A DNA stretch of 64,000 nucleotides, from the NCBI GenBank assembly GCA_005881435.1, contig VBHP01000031.1, positions 15,242 to 79,241 of the forward strand, read 5' to 3'. This document shows positions 18,377 to 28,117 of this stretch, piece after piece. Source of the DNA: Chloroflexota bacterium (GTDB lineage Bacteria > Chloroflexota > Limnocylindria > P2-11E > CF-107). Position 1 is the stretch's first letter. Every line of letters starts with the position of its first letter. The notes below the pieces were generated by a model. The model was not told the DNA's origin and did no database searches. It saw nothing but the letters and a program-made list of their open reading frames with translations. Position numbers and translations under genes: made by a program.

Positions 18377-19405
18377 ATGGCACTCGTGGCGGTCGCCTGC
18401 GGCACGCGCGCGCCGACCGGCGACGCTCTCGGCGGTGGCGCCGCGCCGACGATCGCTGCTACGCCCATACCGTGGGCCCCCCGGGCCGCGCCCTCGTGGA
18501 CGCCCCGGCCGCCGGCGGTACCCACTCCGCTCGGGGTGCGGTTCTGTGCCCCGGCCGACCTGGCCGTCTACGCACAGTGGGACGCTGGTATGACCCACTG
18601 GTACACAACGATGCTGATCGCGAACACCAGTGCCACGTCGTGCCAATTAACCGGCACACCGAATGTGCGTGCGCTCGACGCCAACGGTAAAACCACGGTG
18701 CGCACCGTCGCCGACGCTCGCAGCGAGATCGACTACGCGCCGGTGCTCCTCGACCCGGGCCACCCCCTACCGACCGACCGCTCATGGCTCGTCTCCGGCC
18801 TCGCGGTCCTGCCGGTGGAATGGACGCCGTGGTGCGGGGACGCGGTGCGAGTGCGCACCCTCGCGCTCGAGCTTCCCGCGGGCACGCTCTCGATCCCGCT
18901 ACCAGAGGTGGTCAAAGGAAGCAACGAGGTCACGCTCGAACAACGTTGCCTTGTGGCGGGGCTTGCCAGAACTCCGAGCCTCAGGCCCGCGCCGTTCTTC
19001 GCGACGATCCTTCGCGAGCCACCGCCGCCGCTGGTGCTGTCGGCGGTCATCGACGCGCCGGCCACGGTCGCGGCCGACGGCGTGCTCCGCTACACCGTCA
19101 CGCTCACGAACGTAACGCCAACGACATACGTCTTCACCGAGTGCCCGATCTTCAGCGAGCAGTTCGTCAAGAACATGCGGCGGTACTACCTCTCGTGCGA
19201 GACCACACCATCGCTCGCACCCGGCCAATCCGCGACGTTCGCGATGGAGCTATCCCTAGAGCCGCCGCTGACGCCTCGGGAGGACTGGGATCTCCGCTGG
19301 GAGCTAGAGCCCAGTCCGAACAGCGCCAGCGCAACGGCGCGCATCCGCGTCACGCCGCCGTCGTCGGCGCCGAGCATCGCGCCGGCGCCGAAGCGAACGC
19401 CCTAG
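18377..19405 (+). CDS. Secreted/lipoprotein-like protein with two Cys-containing repeats (DUF4232-like)
   Basis: Signal peptide MALVAVACG; Cys-containing repeat modules; start is uncertain, as an ATG at 18293 is also in frame. Confidence 0.4.
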   Translation: MALVAVACGTRAPTGDALGGGAAPTIAATPIPWAPRAAPSWTPRPPAVPTPLGVRFCAPADLAVYAQWDAGMTHWYTTMLIANTSATSCQLTGTPNVRALDANGKTTVRTVADARSEIDYAPVLLDPGHPLPTDRSWLVSGLAVLPVEWTPWCGDAVRVRTLALELPAGTLSIPLPEVVKGSNEVTLEQRCLVAGLARTPSLRPAPFFATILREPPPPLVLSAVIDAPATVAADGVLRYTVTLTNVTPTTYVFTECPIFSEQFVKNMRRYYLSCETTPSLAPGQSATFAMELSLEPPLTPREDWDLRWELEPSPNSASATARIRVTPPSSAPSIAPAPKRTP

Positions 19406-20592
19406 CGGCCGATCCGTGCGGCGATGATCGCGACGAGATGCGTCGCCGCCTCAGTCTTCGACATCGGAGCCATTCGTTCGACACCGTCCGGCGAGACGAT
19501 CGCGATCTCGGTCTGATCGCCGCCGAAGCCGACGGCGACGTCGTTGGCCACCACGAGGTCGGGCTTCTTGTCTCGCAGGAGCTGCTCCGCCGCCCGGATC
19601 GGATCGCCGGTCTCGGCTTTGAAACCGATGATCAGCGCGCCCTGCTTTCGGCGCCGGCCCACCTCGCTCAGGATGTCGGCGTTCTCTTCGAGCCGCAGGT
19701 CCACCGCGCGTCCCAGCTTCTTGATCTTCTGCCCGCTCGGGTTCGCGACGCGGTAGTCCGCTACCGCCGCGGCCATCACCACCGCGTCGGCGTCGGGCAG
19801 CGTCGCGAGGACGGCATCGCGCATCTCCGCGGCAGTGCTCACCGAGACGAACGAAACGCCGAGCACCGGAAGGAGTGCCGTCGGACCGGAGATCAGGGTC
19901 ACGCGCGCGCCGGCGCGTCGCGCCGCGTCGGCGATGGCGTAGCCGAACTTTCCTGATGAGCGATTCGCGATATAGCGGACCGGATCGATCGCCTCGTGCG
20001 TCGGCCCGGCGGTCACGACCACATGCCGGCCCTCGAGCGACTCACTACGAGCGAGCACGTCGCGGATCGCGGCCTCGATCCGCTCGATCGGCGCCAGCCG
20101 CCCCGGACCGACCGCGCCCGAGGCGAGCGCGCCCTCCTCCGGGTCGACGACGTGCACGCCGCGCCGCCGCAGCACCGCGAGGTTGTCCTGAGTGGCCAGG
20201 TTCGCGTACATGTACCGGTTCATCGCCGGCGCGACGATGACCGGCGCGCGCGTGGCGAGCACGGTCGTGCCGATGACATCGTCGGCCTCGCCGTGCGCCA
20301 GCTTTGCGATCGTGTGCGCCGTCGCGGGCGCGACGACCACGACATCCGCCCGTTCACCGAGCGCGACGTGGCCCGCCGCGTTCTCCTCGAGGCCGAACAT
20401 GTTCGTGATGACGGGCCGGTAGGTCAGCGCCTGGAAGGTGAGCGGTGTGACGAACTCCTGCGCGCTCTGCGTCATGACCACTTCGACCGCGGCGCCCTGC
20501 TGCGTCAGCCGCCGCGCGAGCTCGACCACCTTGTACGCCGCGATGCTGCCGGTGACGGCGAGGACGACGGTCTTGCCGGCGACGTCGCTCAT
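19402..20592 (-). CDS. coaBC: Bifunctional phosphopantothenoylcysteine decarboxylase / phosphopantothenate-cysteine ligase
   Basis: Flavoprotein N-domain GKTVVLAVTGSIAAYK plus the CoaB domain; ATGA overlap with coaX. Confidence 0.85.
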   Translation of the reverse strand: MSDVAGKTVVLAVTGSIAAYKVVELARRLTQQGAAVEVVMTQSAQEFVTPLTFQALTYRPVITNMFGLEENAAGHVALGERADVVVVAPATAHTIAKLAHGEADDVIGTTVLATRAPVIVAPAMNRYMYANLATQDNLAVLRRRGVHVVDPEEGALASGAVGPGRLAPIERIEAAIRDVLARSESLEGRHVVVTAGPTHEAIDPVRYIANRSSGKFGYAIADAARRAGARVTLISGPTALLPVLGVSFVSVSTAAEMRDAVLATLPDADAVVMAAAVADYRVANPSGQKIKKLGRAVDLRLEENADILSEVGRRRKQGALIIGFKAETGDPIRAAEQLLRDKKPDLVVANDVAVGFGGDQTEIAIVSPDGVERMAPMSKTEAATHLVAIIAARIGR

Positions 20593-21353
20593 CGATTGAG
20601 CTCCCATAGCAGGCGCAGACCCTGGAGCGTGAGCGCGTCGTCGAGCGTGTCCAGGCTCTTGGTCAGCGGCGCCATGGTCGACGCGAGCCCGCCGGTGGCG
20701 ATCGTTTTCGCCCCCGGAAGCTCCTGCCGCAGCCGCGTCACCAGGCCTTCGACCAGACCGACGTAGCCGAACACCAGGCCGGACTGCAGGCACGCCGCGG
20801 TGTTCTTGCCGATGGCCTCCTTCGGCGCGGTGAGCGGCACGCGGAAGAGCCGCGCCGCACGCGCGAAGAGGGCCTCGCTGGCGAGTTCCAGCCCGGGCGC
20901 AAAGGACCCGCCGACGAAGTCGCCGTCGGCGGACACGCAGTCGAAGTTCGTGGTCGTCCCGAAGTCGACGACGATCGCGGGGCCGCCGTAGAGGCGGTGG
21001 GCCGCCAGCGTGTTGGCGATGCGGTCGGCGCCGACCTCGCTGGGATTGTCCACGCGCAGCTTCACGCCGGTCTTGATGCCCGGCGCGATGAAGAAAGGCG
21101 GCTTGGCCAGGTATTTCTTGCCGAGGCGCTGCAGCGCCGTCGTCAGCGGCGGGACGACGCTGCCGATCACGACCGCGTCGACGGTGCGGAGCGAGATGTC
21201 GTCGCGCGACAGGAACCCGTCCAGGAACACCGCGAGCTCGTCCTCGGTGCGGTCATGTTCCGTCGCCGCGCGCCACGTGGCCGCTAACGTCGAGTCGCGG
21301 AAGACGCCGAGCGAGATCTGCGTGTTGCCGACGTCGATCGCGAGCAGCAGCAT
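20589..21353 (-). CDS. coaX: Type III pantothenate kinase
   Basis: LLAIDVGNT ... ASKHD-fold motifs; 254 aa. Confidence 0.85.
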   Translation of the reverse strand: MLLLAIDVGNTQISLGVFRDSTLAATWRAATEHDRTEDELAVFLDGFLSRDDISLRTVDAVVIGSVVPPLTTALQRLGKKYLAKPPFFIAPGIKTGVKLRVDNPSEVGADRIANTLAAHRLYGGPAIVVDFGTTTNFDCVSADGDFVGGSFAPGLELASEALFARAARLFRVPLTAPKEAIGKNTAACLQSGLVFGYVGLVEGLVTRLRQELPGAKTIATGGLASTMAPLTKSLDTLDDALTLQGLRLLWELNR

Positions 21354-21880
21354 CAGTCGTTACCTTCGATCGCTCCGGTGCGCTGCCCCTTTCGCGCCGG
21401 GATCTTCTTCAGGCGTTTCAGCACCTGCGGCGGCACCAGCGGCGAGACGTCGGCCCCGAACGCGTGGAGCTCCTTGACCCGGGAGGCGGAGACGAACAGG
21501 TACTCCGGCGAGGTCATCAGAAAGACCATCTCGACCTCGGGCGCGAGCAGCCCGTTCATGTTCGCCATCTCGAATTCGAATTCGAAGTCCGAGAGGGCGC
21601 GGATACCGCGGATGATGAACTTGGCCTGGTGCTTTCGCGCGAACTCGACCTGCAGTCCGTCGAACGGCTCGACGCGAACGTTGTCGCAATCCGCGGTCGA
21701 CTCGCGCATCATCGCGACGCGCTCGTCCGCGGAGAACATCGTCTTCTTGGCGAGGTTCACGCCGACGCCGACGATGACCTCATCGAAGAGGCTCGCGGCC
21801 CTTCGCACGATGTCGACGTGTCCGTTTGTGGGTGGGTCGAACGAACCCGGGTAGATGCCGATGCGCTTTTGCACGGTCAC
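21353..21880 (-). CDS. coaD: Phosphopantetheine adenylyltransferase
   Basis: GIYPGSFDPPTNGH nucleotidyltransferase motif. Confidence 0.85.
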   Translation of the reverse strand: MTVQKRIGIYPGSFDPPTNGHVDIVRRAASLFDEVIVGVGVNLAKKTMFSADERVAMMRESTADCDNVRVEPFDGLQVEFARKHQAKFIIRGIRALSDFEFEFEMANMNGLLAPEVEMVFLMTSPEYLFVSASRVKELHAFGADVSPLVPPQVLKRLKKIPARKGQRTGAIEGND

Positions 21881-21895
21881 CTCTCAGCCGGCAGT

Positions 21896-23107
21896 CTACC
21901 CCGCGACGCGGCGGCCGGCGGCGTACACCTCTCGTATCAATCGCGCGCCGACGCGGTAGGCCAGGTCGCGCTCATCGTCGGTGTCCAGGACGACGAGATC
22001 GGCGCGCTTGCCGATCCGCAGCGATCCCGACACGCGCTCGCGTCCGAGCGCGGCCGCGGCATTGCGCGTCGCAGCTGTCAGCGCTTCGTCGGGCCTCATG
22101 CCGCAGAGGTTCACGCCGAGGGCGATGGCCGTCGGCATGCCCTCCAGTGGCGAGGTCCCGGGGTTCTGATCCGTCGCCAGCGCCATGCGCACACCTGCTT
22201 TCCGGAAGCGCGTCGCATCGGGTGGCGTGTAGCCGACGATGAGCGCGCTCCCGGGCAGGAGCACGGCGACGGTGCCGGCCCCGGCCATCGCGGCAAGGCC
22301 GCGATCGCTTGCCGCGGCGAGATGGTCGGCGGAGAGCGCGTGCGAACGCGCGGCAAGCGCGGCGCCGCCGGTGTCGTTGAATTGATCCGCATGGAGGACC
22401 ACAGCGAGACCGGCACGTCGCGCGGCGCGGAACACGACGCCGGCGTCGGACACGGAGAACACGGCTTCGTCGACGAACGCGTCGACACGCTCGGCGAGCT
22501 TCTCGCGCGCGACGGTCGCGACCGCGCGTCCGGCCGCGGCCACGAAAGCTGCCCGATCCGCACCGACCGGCAACGCGTGCAGCGCCAGATACGTCGTCAC
22601 GATGTCGATAGGGGCCTCAGCGCGTACGCGGTCGATGATGCGTAGCTGCCGCAGTTCCTCCTCCACGGCGAGCCCATAGCCGGATTTGATCTCGAGCGTC
22701 GTTGTGCCCTGAGCGGCCGCGCGCGCGATGCGCTCACGAAGCAGCCTCGCGAGCGCGGCGTCGGACGCGGCACGCGTTTGCGCCACGGTGCGGTGGATGC
22801 CGCCACCGCGTTTGAGGATCTCCAGGTACGGCGTGCCGGCGCGGCGTTCGACGAACTCCTCGTACCGCCGGCCCGCGTACAGCAGGTGGGTGTGCGGATC
22901 CACCAGGCCCGGGATCACCACACGGCCACGGACGCGACGCTCCACGGCGCGAGCGCTGCCGCGCACCCGCGGCTCGCCCGTTCCAAGCCCGACGATCCGT
23001 CCAGCCCGAGCCGCGATCCAGCCGCGCTCGATCACCCCGCTGCGCGGCTCCTGCGTCACCACGCGCGCATCGCGAAGGATGAGGTCGGCCAGCGGGCGCT
23101 CGGGCAC
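21896..23107 (-). CDS. hutI: Imidazolonepropionase
   Basis: Amidohydrolase with PGLVDPHTHL; GTG start overlaps the upstream gene's stop (TAGTG). Confidence 0.85.
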   Translation of the reverse strand: MPERPLADLILRDARVVTQEPRSGVIERGWIAARAGRIVGLGTGEPRVRGSARAVERRVRGRVVIPGLVDPHTHLLYAGRRYEEFVERRAGTPYLEILKRGGGIHRTVAQTRAASDAALARLLRERIARAAAQGTTTLEIKSGYGLAVEEELRQLRIIDRVRAEAPIDIVTTYLALHALPVGADRAAFVAAAGRAVATVAREKLAERVDAFVDEAVFSVSDAGVVFRAARRAGLAVVLHADQFNDTGGAALAARSHALSADHLAAASDRGLAAMAGAGTVAVLLPGSALIVGYTPPDATRFRKAGVRMALATDQNPGTSPLEGMPTAIALGVNLCGMRPDEALTAATRNAAAALGRERVSGSLRIGKRADLVVLDTDDERDLAYRVGARLIREVYAAGRRVAG

Positions 23108-23994
23108 TACTCCAGGAAGTGCCCCTCGATCACACGCGTGCGCTCCAACTGACGAAGTCGAAGCTTCGATCCGGCGACTTCGAGGGCGGCGTCGAGTGGC
23201 ATCAGGCCGATGAGCTCGCCTTCGTCGACCTCCACGCCGGCGGCCCTCGCGCGCGACTCGACCGCATCCCACAGGACCGAGAGCGGCGTGACGGTGTAGT
23301 CGAGCAGATTCATGCTCACCTGCGCGCGTCCATCGCCGAGCTGCACCCCCATCGCCTGGACCGCCGGCATGCCACCCGACGACTCGCGGATCTCTTTGGC
23401 GATTCGCCGGGCGAGCGCGAGATCGTTCGATCGCAAGTTCATGTTGAACGCGATCAGCGGCGGACGAGCGCCGACGACGATCGCTCCGGCCCTCGGATGG
23501 ACCAGCGAAGGACCGAAGTCGGGTTTCCAGTCGCCTTCGATCAGCGCGGCGAGACCTTCGTACTGCGGCTTGCGGATGTCGGGAAGCCGCACGCGTTCGG
23601 GTCGCGACGCGGCCTTGGCGTAGAGATAGACGGGGAGCTTGTGCTTCCGCGCCAGCGCCTGCGCCACCTTTTTGGCCAGCGACACGCAGTCGGCCATCGA
23701 GACCCCGGAGATGGGTACGAACGGGATCACATCGACCGCGCCGATGCGCGGATGAGCGCCCTGGTGCGAACGCATGTCGATGCGTGCGATGGACGCGTCG
23801 GCAAGTGCGATCGCGGCGCGCGCTACGGCCGCGGGCGGTCCGGCAAAGGTGAAGACGCTGCGGTTGTGGTCCACGTCGCTGGAGTAGTCGAGGAGGCGGA
23901 CGCCCTTGGTCCGCTCCACCGCTCTCGCGATCTCGCGCACGATGCGCGGCCGTCGTCCTTCACTGATGTTGGGGACGCACTCGACGATGGCCAT
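23107..23994 (-). CDS. Glutamate formimidoyltransferase (FTCD_N-type formiminotransferase)
   Basis: N-terminus MAIVECVPNISEGR, characteristic of the formiminotransferase domain. Confidence 0.8.
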   Translation of the reverse strand: MAIVECVPNISEGRRPRIVREIARAVERTKGVRLLDYSSDVDHNRSVFTFAGPPAAVARAAIALADASIARIDMRSHQGAHPRIGAVDVIPFVPISGVSMADCVSLAKKVAQALARKHKLPVYLYAKAASRPERVRLPDIRKPQYEGLAALIEGDWKPDFGPSLVHPRAGAIVVGARPPLIAFNMNLRSNDLALARRIAKEIRESSGGMPAVQAMGVQLGDGRAQVSMNLLDYTVTPLSVLWDAVESRARAAGVEVDEGELIGLMPLDAALEVAGSKLRLRQLERTRVIEGHFLE

Positions 23995-24021
23995 CGACTG
24001 ACTCTATGTGAACCGCGTGTG

Positions 24022-24480
24022 CTAATGCCGCATCGCCTCGGTCGCCTGACGTTCCGCGTTGCGCAGCCGCTTGGTGAGCACGGGCAGGATGGCGAGCGCG
24101 ATCTGCGGATGGCTCTCGAGGATGCCTCGGAAATGCCAGCGCGTGAGCCCAAGACAAGTGGTCGGTTCGATCGCGCGCACCGTCGCCGAGCGCGGAAACT
24201 CATCCAGTAGCGCCATCTCGCCGAAGAAGTCGCCCGGCCCGAGCTCGCCGAGGCGGACCTGCTCCCCGCCGCGCCGCTGCAGGACCTCGCAGCGGCCGGA
24301 GCGAATGATGAAGGCGCCGACGCCGGTGTCGCCCTCACGGACGATCTCCTGTCCCGGCGCGTAGCTCTGCTCCACGACGGCATTCACGATCGCGGTCAAC
24401 GATCGATCGTCGAGCTCTTCGAAGAGCGGAACCTTGCGGATGAATTCGGCGACCTGCTGCACGGCGTAGGAGCTTAGCAT
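24022..24480 (-). CDS. Stand-alone cyclic-nucleotide-binding (CAP-effector) domain protein
   Basis: cNMP-binding signature GDFFGEMALL...RSATVRA; no DNA-binding domain. Confidence 0.7.
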   Translation of the reverse strand: MLSSYAVQQVAEFIRKVPLFEELDDRSLTAIVNAVVEQSYAPGQEIVREGDTGVGAFIIRSGRCEVLQRRGGEQVRLGELGPGDFFGEMALLDEFPRSATVRAIEPTTCLGLTRWHFRGILESHPQIALAILPVLTKRLRNAERQATEAMRH

Positions 24481-24488
24481 CGGGCGTA

Positions 24489-25331
24489 GTGGACTACCGG
24501 ATCGAGGTGCGGACAGACCTCGCCGCGTGCGACGCCGCGGTGCAGCTCCAGCGAGAGACGTGGGGCGATGCCGTGACGGTCCCGTCGAACATGCTCTTCG
24601 CGACCGTCCACGTCGGCGCCTTTCTCGCGCTCGGTCTCGTCGCGGACGATGCGGTCGGATTCGTGTACTCGTTCTACGGCGTCAAGGGCTGGCGCTTCGT
24701 GCATCACTCCCACATGCTCGCGGTGCTCCCGCCGTTTCGCGCCACCAGCCTGGCGCGGGATCTGAAATCGGTGCAGCGCGATTACTGCCTCGAGCGCGGG
24801 CTCGAGGTGGTCACCTGGACGATGGATCCGCTGCAGTCGCGGAACGCGAGGTTCAATCTGGCAAAGCTCGGCGCGTACGCGGCCGAGTACCACGAGGACT
24901 TCTATGGCGAGATGCCGGACAAGCTGAACGCGGGCATGCCCTCCGATCGATTCGTGATGGAGTGGCCGATCGCGACCGATCGCGTCGACCGCCGGCTCCG
25001 CGGCGAGGATCCGATCGCCACACTCGCGGATGCCGAGCGCGAAATTCCCTTCTTGCTGAAGGCCGAGGGCGAACGTCCGGGCGCGGAAGGGAAGCTCGAT
25101 GGCTCGCATCTCCTGGTGGCGACGCCTTGGGACATCGACGCCATCAAGACGAAGGACCTCGCACTCGCGCGCTCATGGCGCGAAGCGCATCGCCGGACGC
25201 TCGGCGCGGCGCTGCATGCCGGCTACGGCGCGGTGGAATATCTCATCGACGAAGGGCGTGGTGCGTATCTACTCGTGAAACGGCCGCCGCTCGTCGAGGC
25301 TCGACCGCGGGTCGAAGAGTCGAGCCGCTAG
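24489..25331 (+). CDS. Hypothetical protein, possibly a GNAT-fold acyltransferase partnering the downstream NSAR/OSBS enzyme
   Basis: ORF of 280 aa, co-directional and tightly linked to the enolase-superfamily gene; the fold assignment is weak. Confidence 0.35.
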   Translation: MDYRIEVRTDLAACDAAVQLQRETWGDAVTVPSNMLFATVHVGAFLALGLVADDAVGFVYSFYGVKGWRFVHHSHMLAVLPPFRATSLARDLKSVQRDYCLERGLEVVTWTMDPLQSRNARFNLAKLGAYAAEYHEDFYGEMPDKLNAGMPSDRFVMEWPIATDRVDRRLRGEDPIATLADAEREIPFLLKAEGERPGAEGKLDGSHLLVATPWDIDAIKTKDLALARSWREAHRRTLGAALHAGYGAVEYLIDEGRGAYLLVKRPPLVEARPRVEESSR

Positions 25332-25666
25332 TGCGGTCGTTCGTTGCCTCTCCCGCAAGCGGATTCCGCGGCAAATTCACGCCGAAATCTCTTGGCCGTG
25401 AAATCGATGTCATCTCGACCCTGGATGGAGACGTCCTCGACCCCGACGATCCGCCGGTTCCGGGCGCGAAGACGTTGGCGGAGCACAAGGCGACCTTCTG
25501 GGACCCGACCACCTCGTCGCTGAAATTCCCGCACGGACGTGACGCGTTCACCATCGGGCCGGAGATCCTGCGCGACGTTCCCGATACGGCCGTCATCGTC
25601 CTGCGCTTCAAGTTCGTTCCGGCAGAAATTGTCTCGCGACCCGATGCCAAAAAGGGCAGCGGATGA
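25331..25666 (+). CDS. Small hypothetical protein (about 111 aa), translationally coupled on both sides
   Basis: GTG overlaps the upstream TAG (TAGTG) and its TGA overlaps the ATG of the downstream OSBS/NSAR gene (ATGA); the sequence is protein-like and non-repetitive. Confidence 0.35.
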   Translation: MRSFVASPASGFRGKFTPKSLGREIDVISTLDGDVLDPDDPPVPGAKTLAEHKATFWDPTTSSLKFPHGRDAFTIGPEILRDVPDTAVIVLRFKFVPAEIVSRPDAKKGSG

Positions 25667-26772
25667 GGGTCCAGCGCGTCGAGCTGTTCCTGCTCCGCTT
25701 GCCGCTGAAGAACCCGTTTGAGACGTCGTTCGGGGTGGAGACGCACCGCACACCGATCCTCTGTCGCGTCGAGGACGACGGTGCGGTCGGCTGGAGCGAG
25801 TGCGTCGCCCAGGAGCTTCCGGCGTATTCCGAGGAGACGGTCGAGACGTGCTGGCACGCGCTGGCCGACTTCCTGATCCCGCGCGTTCTCGGCGCGTCGC
25901 TGTCCGGCCCGCAGTACGTGGCGGACCGATTCGCCGGTATCCGGCGTCACAACATGGCCAAGGCGACGCTCGAGATGGCGGCCTGGGACCTCGCGGCGAA
26001 GCAGCGCGATGCGCCGCTGTCGAAGCTCCTCGGCGGCACACGCGATCGCATCCTGTCCGGTGTCTCCATCGGCCTGCAGCCGTCGCTCGACAAACTGGTG
26101 GAGACGGTGCGGCGGGAGCGCGCCGCGGGCTACCTGCGCATCAAGCTGAAGATCAAGCCCGGTATGGACGCGCAGATCGCGGAACGGATCCGCAGTGAAT
26201 TTCCCGATCTCGACTTCATGCTCGATGCCAACTCCGCGTACACGCTGGAGGACACGCCCCTGTTTCAGCGCATCGACGCCACACGCCCGATGATGATCGA
26301 GCAGCCGCTGGCGCACGACGACATCATCGACCACGCCACGCTGCAGCGAGCCATCCGCACTCCGATCTGCCTCGACGAGTCGATCCACTCCGCCGAAGAC
26401 GCGCGCAAGGCCATCGACATCGGCGCCACGCGGATCATCAACATCAAGGCCGGACGCGTCGGCGGCCATCGCGAAGCCAAACGCGTGCACGACGTCTGCG
26501 CCGCGGGCAACGTGCCGGTGTGGTGTGGCGGCATGCTCGAGACCGGGATCGGCCGAGCGCACAACGTGCATCTGGCGTCACTCCCGAATTTCCGCCTGCC
26601 GGGGGACGTCTCCGCGTCGGACCGCTACTTCGAGACGGAGCTTATCGGCGAACCGTTCCGGGTCGCGGCGGATGGCACGATCGCCGTCCCGCTCAAGCCG
26701 GGTATCGGCGTGACCGTCCTCGAGGATCGCGTGCGCGGGCTCGCGGTGCGCGCCGCCAAATGGCCCGCCTAA
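25663..26772 (+). CDS. Enolase-superfamily o-succinylbenzoate synthase / N-succinyl (N-acyl) amino-acid racemase family enzyme
   Basis: KxK motif (IKLKIKPG), metal ligands D...E...D, catalytic K in NIKAGRVGG. Confidence 0.8.
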   Translation: MRVQRVELFLLRLPLKNPFETSFGVETHRTPILCRVEDDGAVGWSECVAQELPAYSEETVETCWHALADFLIPRVLGASLSGPQYVADRFAGIRRHNMAKATLEMAAWDLAAKQRDAPLSKLLGGTRDRILSGVSIGLQPSLDKLVETVRRERAAGYLRIKLKIKPGMDAQIAERIRSEFPDLDFMLDANSAYTLEDTPLFQRIDATRPMMIEQPLAHDDIIDHATLQRAIRTPICLDESIHSAEDARKAIDIGATRIINIKAGRVGGHREAKRVHDVCAAGNVPVWCGGMLETGIGRAHNVHLASLPNFRLPGDVSASDRYFETELIGEPFRVAADGTIAVPLKPGIGVTVLEDRVRGLAVRAAKWPA

Positions 26773-26776
26773 CGCG

Positions 26777-27271
26777 CTAGGCCGTCTTCTCCGCTTTTGC
26801 GGGCTCCGCGGCCTTTGGCGCGGCGATGACGATCACCTCATCGATCACGGCGCCAAAAGCCTCGACCAGCCGCAGATAGTCGCCCGGGACATAGCGGACG
26901 CGCGCGCCGGCGAGGGGACCCGCGGCGTAGACATGCTTGCGGCCCGGAACGAGGTCGTCGGGCTCGGGATGCGTCGCGGCGCGCACCCGCGAACCGGAAT
27001 GGACGCGGTAGATCTCGCCGGCTCGCACGAAGGCCGGCGAGCCGAACGTGTACACGAACTCCCACGCGATCGGACGCGCGATGTCCTCGGTCCACTTCGG
27101 CCGTAGCTGCATCAGGCGCCAATTCGCGAGATCGCCGTCCTCTGTGGCCATGAGCTCCACCCACTCCAGATTCGCGTGCTCTGGCGGGATCTCGATCGAG
27201 ACGGACCTGATGGTGAGGATCTGCGCCTTGCGGCCCTCACTGGGTCTGAAGTCGGTCATGGCTTCCACCAT
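26777..27271 (-). CDS. Hypothetical protein with a lamin-tail-domain-like (LTD) segment
   Basis: NLEWVELMATEDGDLANWRL resembles the LTD EWVEL...N..L.GW motif; weak. Confidence 0.3.
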   Translation of the reverse strand: MVEAMTDFRPSEGRKAQILTIRSVSIEIPPEHANLEWVELMATEDGDLANWRLMQLRPKWTEDIARPIAWEFVYTFGSPAFVRAGEIYRVHSGSRVRAATHPEPDDLVPGRKHVYAAGPLAGARVRYVPGDYLRLVEAFGAVIDEVIVIAAPKAAEPAKAEKTA

Positions 27272-27282
27272 AATGACGCGTC

Positions 27283-27978
27283 GTGACGGCGACGACGCGC
27301 TCGCTCCTCGCGGAGTTCGTCGGCACGTTCTTCTTCTTCAGCATCGGCGCCGGCGCGATCATCGCCAACGACGTTTCCGGTGGTCAGGTCGGATTGATCG
27401 GCGTCGCGCTCGCACATGGCCTCGCCCTCGCGGTCGTGGTGTCGATGTTCGGTCCGACATCGGGCGGACACTTCAATCCTGCGGTCTCGTTCGCGCTCGC
27501 GGTCGGCGGCGCGTTCCCCTGGCCGCGGGTACTGCCCTACTGGATCGCACAGCTCGCGGGCGGCATCCTCGCCGGCCTGTTCGCGCTGGCGGTGTATCCG
27601 GAGAAGTCGCGGATCGCGACGCATCTCGGCACACCGGCGGTGGCTGCGGGAGTGAGCGATGCGGCCGCGATCCTGCTCGAAGCCGGTCTCACCCTGTTCC
27701 TCGTGCTCGCGGTCTTCGGCACCGCCGTGTCGCCGTCAGCGCCGCGGATCGCGGGCTTCGGCATCGGCCTCACGGTGCTCGTCGACATCCTTGCCGGCGG
27801 TCCGCTGACGGGCGCCGCGATGAACCCGGCGCGCTATTTCGGCACGGGCATTCCCGCGCTCTTCTTCGAGCGGTGGTGGGTATACGTCGTCGGGCCGCTC
27901 GGCGGTGGTCTCCTCGGCGGACTGCTGTGGCGCTATGTCTTCGCGCCAGTGGTCCCGGCGGTGAGCACGCAACGCTGA
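27283..27978 (+). CDS. Aquaporin/MIP-family channel
   Basis: Two NPA boxes (HFNPAVS, AMNPARY) and six TM helices. Confidence 0.85.
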   Translation: MTATTRSLLAEFVGTFFFFSIGAGAIIANDVSGGQVGLIGVALAHGLALAVVVSMFGPTSGGHFNPAVSFALAVGGAFPWPRVLPYWIAQLAGGILAGLFALAVYPEKSRIATHLGTPAVAAGVSDAAAILLEAGLTLFLVLAVFGTAVSPSAPRIAGFGIGLTVLVDILAGGPLTGAAMNPARYFGTGIPALFFERWWVYVVGPLGGGLLGGLLWRYVFAPVVPAVSTQR

Positions 27979-28117
27979 CGGCGCGGCGTTCGCTTCAGCT
28001 GGCGATAGCGCTGGTGGTGGTCGGACTGGTGCTGATCGTGTTCGTCTCGGACTCCCTGGCCGCGGTGGTCATCGGGATCCTGGCGATCACCGCCGCGGCA
28101 TTCCTGGCTATGCGGAG

